DNA of 32,000 nucleotides from Candidatus Sericytochromatia bacterium (GTDB lineage Bacteria; Cyanobacteriota; Sericytochromatia; S15B-MN24; UBA4093): NCBI GenBank assembly GCA_036676455.1, contig JAKFCW010000040.1, positions 6,066 to 38,065 of the forward strand, read 5' to 3'. Shown piece by piece: positions 30,111 to 32,000 of this stretch (position 1 is its first letter; each line of letters starts with the position of its first letter). The notes under the pieces were generated by a model. It saw only the letters and a program-made list of their open reading frames with translations, ran no database searches and was not told where the DNA came from. The position numbers and the translations under genes were made by a program.

Positions 30111-31877
30111 CTAGAACGTTCCTCCCAAACCGGCCGACAGGCCCTGCTGGACCTGACGGCCCGATGCATCGTAAAGCATGCCCAGGAAGCCCTGGTAGTA
30201 GAGGCCAGCACTGAGCGTCCCGCTACCCAGCGGCATCAGCTCGTACTCGACGCCCGCCTGGTAGCCCAGGCCGCCCCGCACGCCCATCGCCGATCCGGAG
30301 GTCATGCTGTAGCTCTGGACGATCAGCGGGTAGAGCTGCGCATCCACCGAGACCCGGTAGCGCGGAGCGGGCCGCATGGCGAAGGTGCCTGCAGGCCCCA
30401 GACCGAAGCTGAACTTGCTGGTGGTCTGGTAGGTGTCCCCGCCGCCGTTCACCATCCGGATCAGCGTGCCGAGGCCCGCGCCGGCTTCCCAGTTGGGGCC
30501 CTTCATGGGCAGGCGATAGTACCCCTCGCCCCGCAGGGTGAGGTCAAGCAGGCTGGAGTTGCCCACGGCAATCGGACCGGCCGCGGAGACCTGGCCCGAG
30601 CCGCCGAAGTCGCCCATCCAGAACTGACCGCCGGCTCCGAGGCTGCCGATGAAGCTACCGCTGAGGTCTCCCGCATCTCCGGGAGCGATCATGTCGGGGC
30701 TGGCCGGAAGCCCTTCCACGTAAATCAGCAGCAGGTTGTAACCCGCCCGGTAGCGGTTATCCAATAGCGACCCGCTCACGCTGGGCGCCGGCGTCGGGCT
30801 CGGCTCCGGCGAAGGAGTCCGGCCGGGCCGCGGGGTCGGCTTGCGGGTCGGCTCGGGCGTCGGCCGGGGCGTGGGAGTCGCCGACGGACTCGGCGTGGGC
30901 TCCGGAGTCGGGGCCACGGAGGGCGCTGGCGTCGGGGAGGCCACCACCAGCGGCGGAGTGGCCGACGGTGCCGGCGAGGGAGTCAAGGATGGGCTCGGCG
31001 ACGGCAGCCAAGACGGCCAGGCCTCGCCCTCCGCCGGGGTCGGGGTCGGCTTCGGCTTCGGGGTCTTGGCCGGAACCGGGGTCTTCACGGGAGCGGGCGT
31101 CCGAACGGGCGCGGGCGTCAAGACCGGAGCCGGAGTCCGGATGGGCGCCGGCGTGCGGACGGGCACCGGGGTCGGTGCCGGAGTCCGGGCGGGAGCGGGG
31201 GTCGGCTCGGGCATGTCCGCCACCAGCTCCTTGAGGGCGTCCTCGAGGTTCGGGTCCAGCAAGGGAGCCGCCTTCACCAGCATGGCGAGGGCCTCGAAGC
31301 GGGTCAGGGGATCGTTCGGGCGAAACGCGAGCCGGCGGGGGTTGTCAAGGATCTGCCAGACGTTGGCCGCCCGGTGCAGCAGCTGCCCCGTGGGAGTGCC
31401 CATGGGGACGTCCGAGAAGGTGGCCATGCCGCCCGCCCGACGCGGCGGCGGCGGAGCCGAGCGGTAGCTGAGCAAGCGATCCAGAGACTCGACGAACTCC
31501 AGGCGTTTGACCCGCTGCATGCCCTCGAAACGGCCAGCGGTCCTTCCGGCGAGCAGATTGAGGCTGGTCACCCGGGTGACCGCCTGCATGGCAGGGTGCC
31601 CCGGAGGCACGTCCGGCCACGCGATGACGTTGAAGGGGATGTCGCGGGGATCGAGGAGGCCGTTGAGCGCCTCCGCCGCGTCATAGCGCGTGAGGGGCAG
31701 GCGGCCGCCGTACTCGGAGGTCGAGGCGCCAGGGAGAATCCGGCGCTCGGAAAGCAGCTCGGCAGCTCCCGCGAGCGGGTGATCCGCCAGGTCGGCGAAT
31801 CCCGTCTCGGCGCCGGCGCTCATGCTCGGGAGGGCGATCGCCAAACCCAGCAGCAGGCCCCATCCCAACCGTCTCAT
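30111..31877 (-). CDS. Outer-membrane protein: signal peptide, three SLH domains, ~145-aa proline-rich linker, C-terminal beta-barrel (OmpM/Slp-like tether)
   Basis: ATG at 31877 (GAGGAG upstream) gives signal peptide MRRLGWGLLLGLAIALPSMSAGA. Three SLH-like units (FADLADHP...PLTRYDAAEAL; WPDVPPGHPA...VKRLEFVESL; FSDVPMGTP...PLTRFEALAML). Alternating Gly/aromatic beta-strand C-domain ends GLGGTF (terminal Phe). Confidence 0.8.
   Translation of the reverse strand: MRRLGWGLLLGLAIALPSMSAGAETGFADLADHPLAGAAELLSERRILPGASTSEYGGRLPLTRYDAAEALNGLLDPRDIPFNVIAWPDVPPGHPAMQAVTRVTSLNLLAGRTAGRFEGMQRVKRLEFVESLDRLLSYRSAPPPPRRAGGMATFSDVPMGTPTGQLLHRAANVWQILDNPRRLAFRPNDPLTRFEALAMLVKAAPLLDPNLEDALKELVADMPEPTPAPARTPAPTPVPVRTPAPIRTPAPVLTPAPVRTPAPVKTPVPAKTPKPKPTPTPAEGEAWPSWLPSPSPSLTPSPAPSATPPLVVASPTPAPSVAPTPEPTPSPSATPTPRPTPEPTRKPTPRPGRTPSPEPSPTPAPSVSGSLLDNRYRAGYNLLLIYVEGLPASPDMIAPGDAGDLSGSFIGSLGAGGQFWMGDFGGSGQVSAAGPIAVGNSSLLDLTLRGEGYYRLPMKGPNWEAGAGLGTLIRMVNGGGDTYQTTSKFSFGLGPAGTFAMRPAPRYRVSVDAQLYPLIVQSYSMTSGSAMGVRGGLGYQAGVEYELMPLGSGTLSAGLYYQGFLGMLYDASGRQVQQGLSAGLGGTF
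30780..31211 (-). repeat. Proline-rich low-complexity coding repeat (reiterated R/K-T-P-A-P-V units) in the SLH outer-membrane protein
   Basis: Translates to PEPTPAPARTPAPTPVPVRTPAPIRTPAPVLTPAPVRTPAPVKTPVPAKTPKPKPTPTP...SPEPSPTPAPS. The DNA shows degenerate ~18-bp reiterations (ggagc/cgggcg... units). Confidence 0.85.
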
Positions 31878-32000
31878 CCCCACTCCTCTAATCTTCCCTA
31901 TCTTGTCCCCCCTAGACGGGGGGACTGGCGAAGCCAGGGGGGTGTTTGCCGGCGAAGCCATGGCGTTCCCCCTAAACCTCACTTGAGGACCAGCTTATTC

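Noticed and set aside
28605-30767. 720-aa plus-strand ORF
   Set aside because: It is antisense to the phosphohexomutase, DUF2993-like and SLH-barrel genes. It has low-complexity R/G/D/H/L composition and spans three real genes on the other strand.
31878-31982. 35-codon extension upstream of the SLH protein signal peptide
   Set aside because: Met36 begins a canonical signal peptide and has a GAGGAG RBS. The extension covers a hairpin and direct repeats typical of non-coding sequence.

Overview
Visibly GC-rich (not computed) bacterial chromosomal window; 35 of the 37 genes I call are on the minus strand. nt 1-22797 is one co-directional flagellar super-operon in the Bacillus fla/che or Borrelia flgB-type order: flgB-flgC-fliE | fliF-fliG-fliH-fliI-fliJ-[HExxH protease]-[92 aa]-fliK-flgD-[TIGR02530-like]-flgE-[FliK-like]-[FlhB C-domain-like]-flbD-motA-motB-fliL-fliM-fliY-cheY-fliO-fliP-fliQ-fliR-flhB-flhA(partial). 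Many junctions are translationally coupled and many starts are GTG or TTG. To the right lie cmk and panC (4-nt overlap), a hypothetical plus-strand gene, an APC amino-acid permease, a secreted hypothetical protein, a phosphomannomutase/phosphoglucomutase, and an operon of a triple-SLH/proline-linker/beta-barrel outer-membrane protein with a DUF2993/LmeA-like protein. Most unusual: (1) a signal-peptide-less zinc metalloprotease with the anthrax-LF/PPEP-1 type HExxH...Y-x6-E signature, coupled to a small acidic protein, sits between fliJ and fliK where Bacillus and Borrelia have ylxF/flbA; (2) a second FliK-like protein is coupled to a soluble FlhB C-terminal-domain paralog lacking the NPTH site; (3) a near-consensus sigma-28 promoter lies just upstream of fliK; (4) a 304-bp structured gap splits fliE from fliF; (5) FliE has a Pro/Gly-rich N-terminal extension. 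No mobile elements, CRISPR arrays, tRNA or rRNA genes were seen. All family assignments come from reading motifs by eye; no database search was run.
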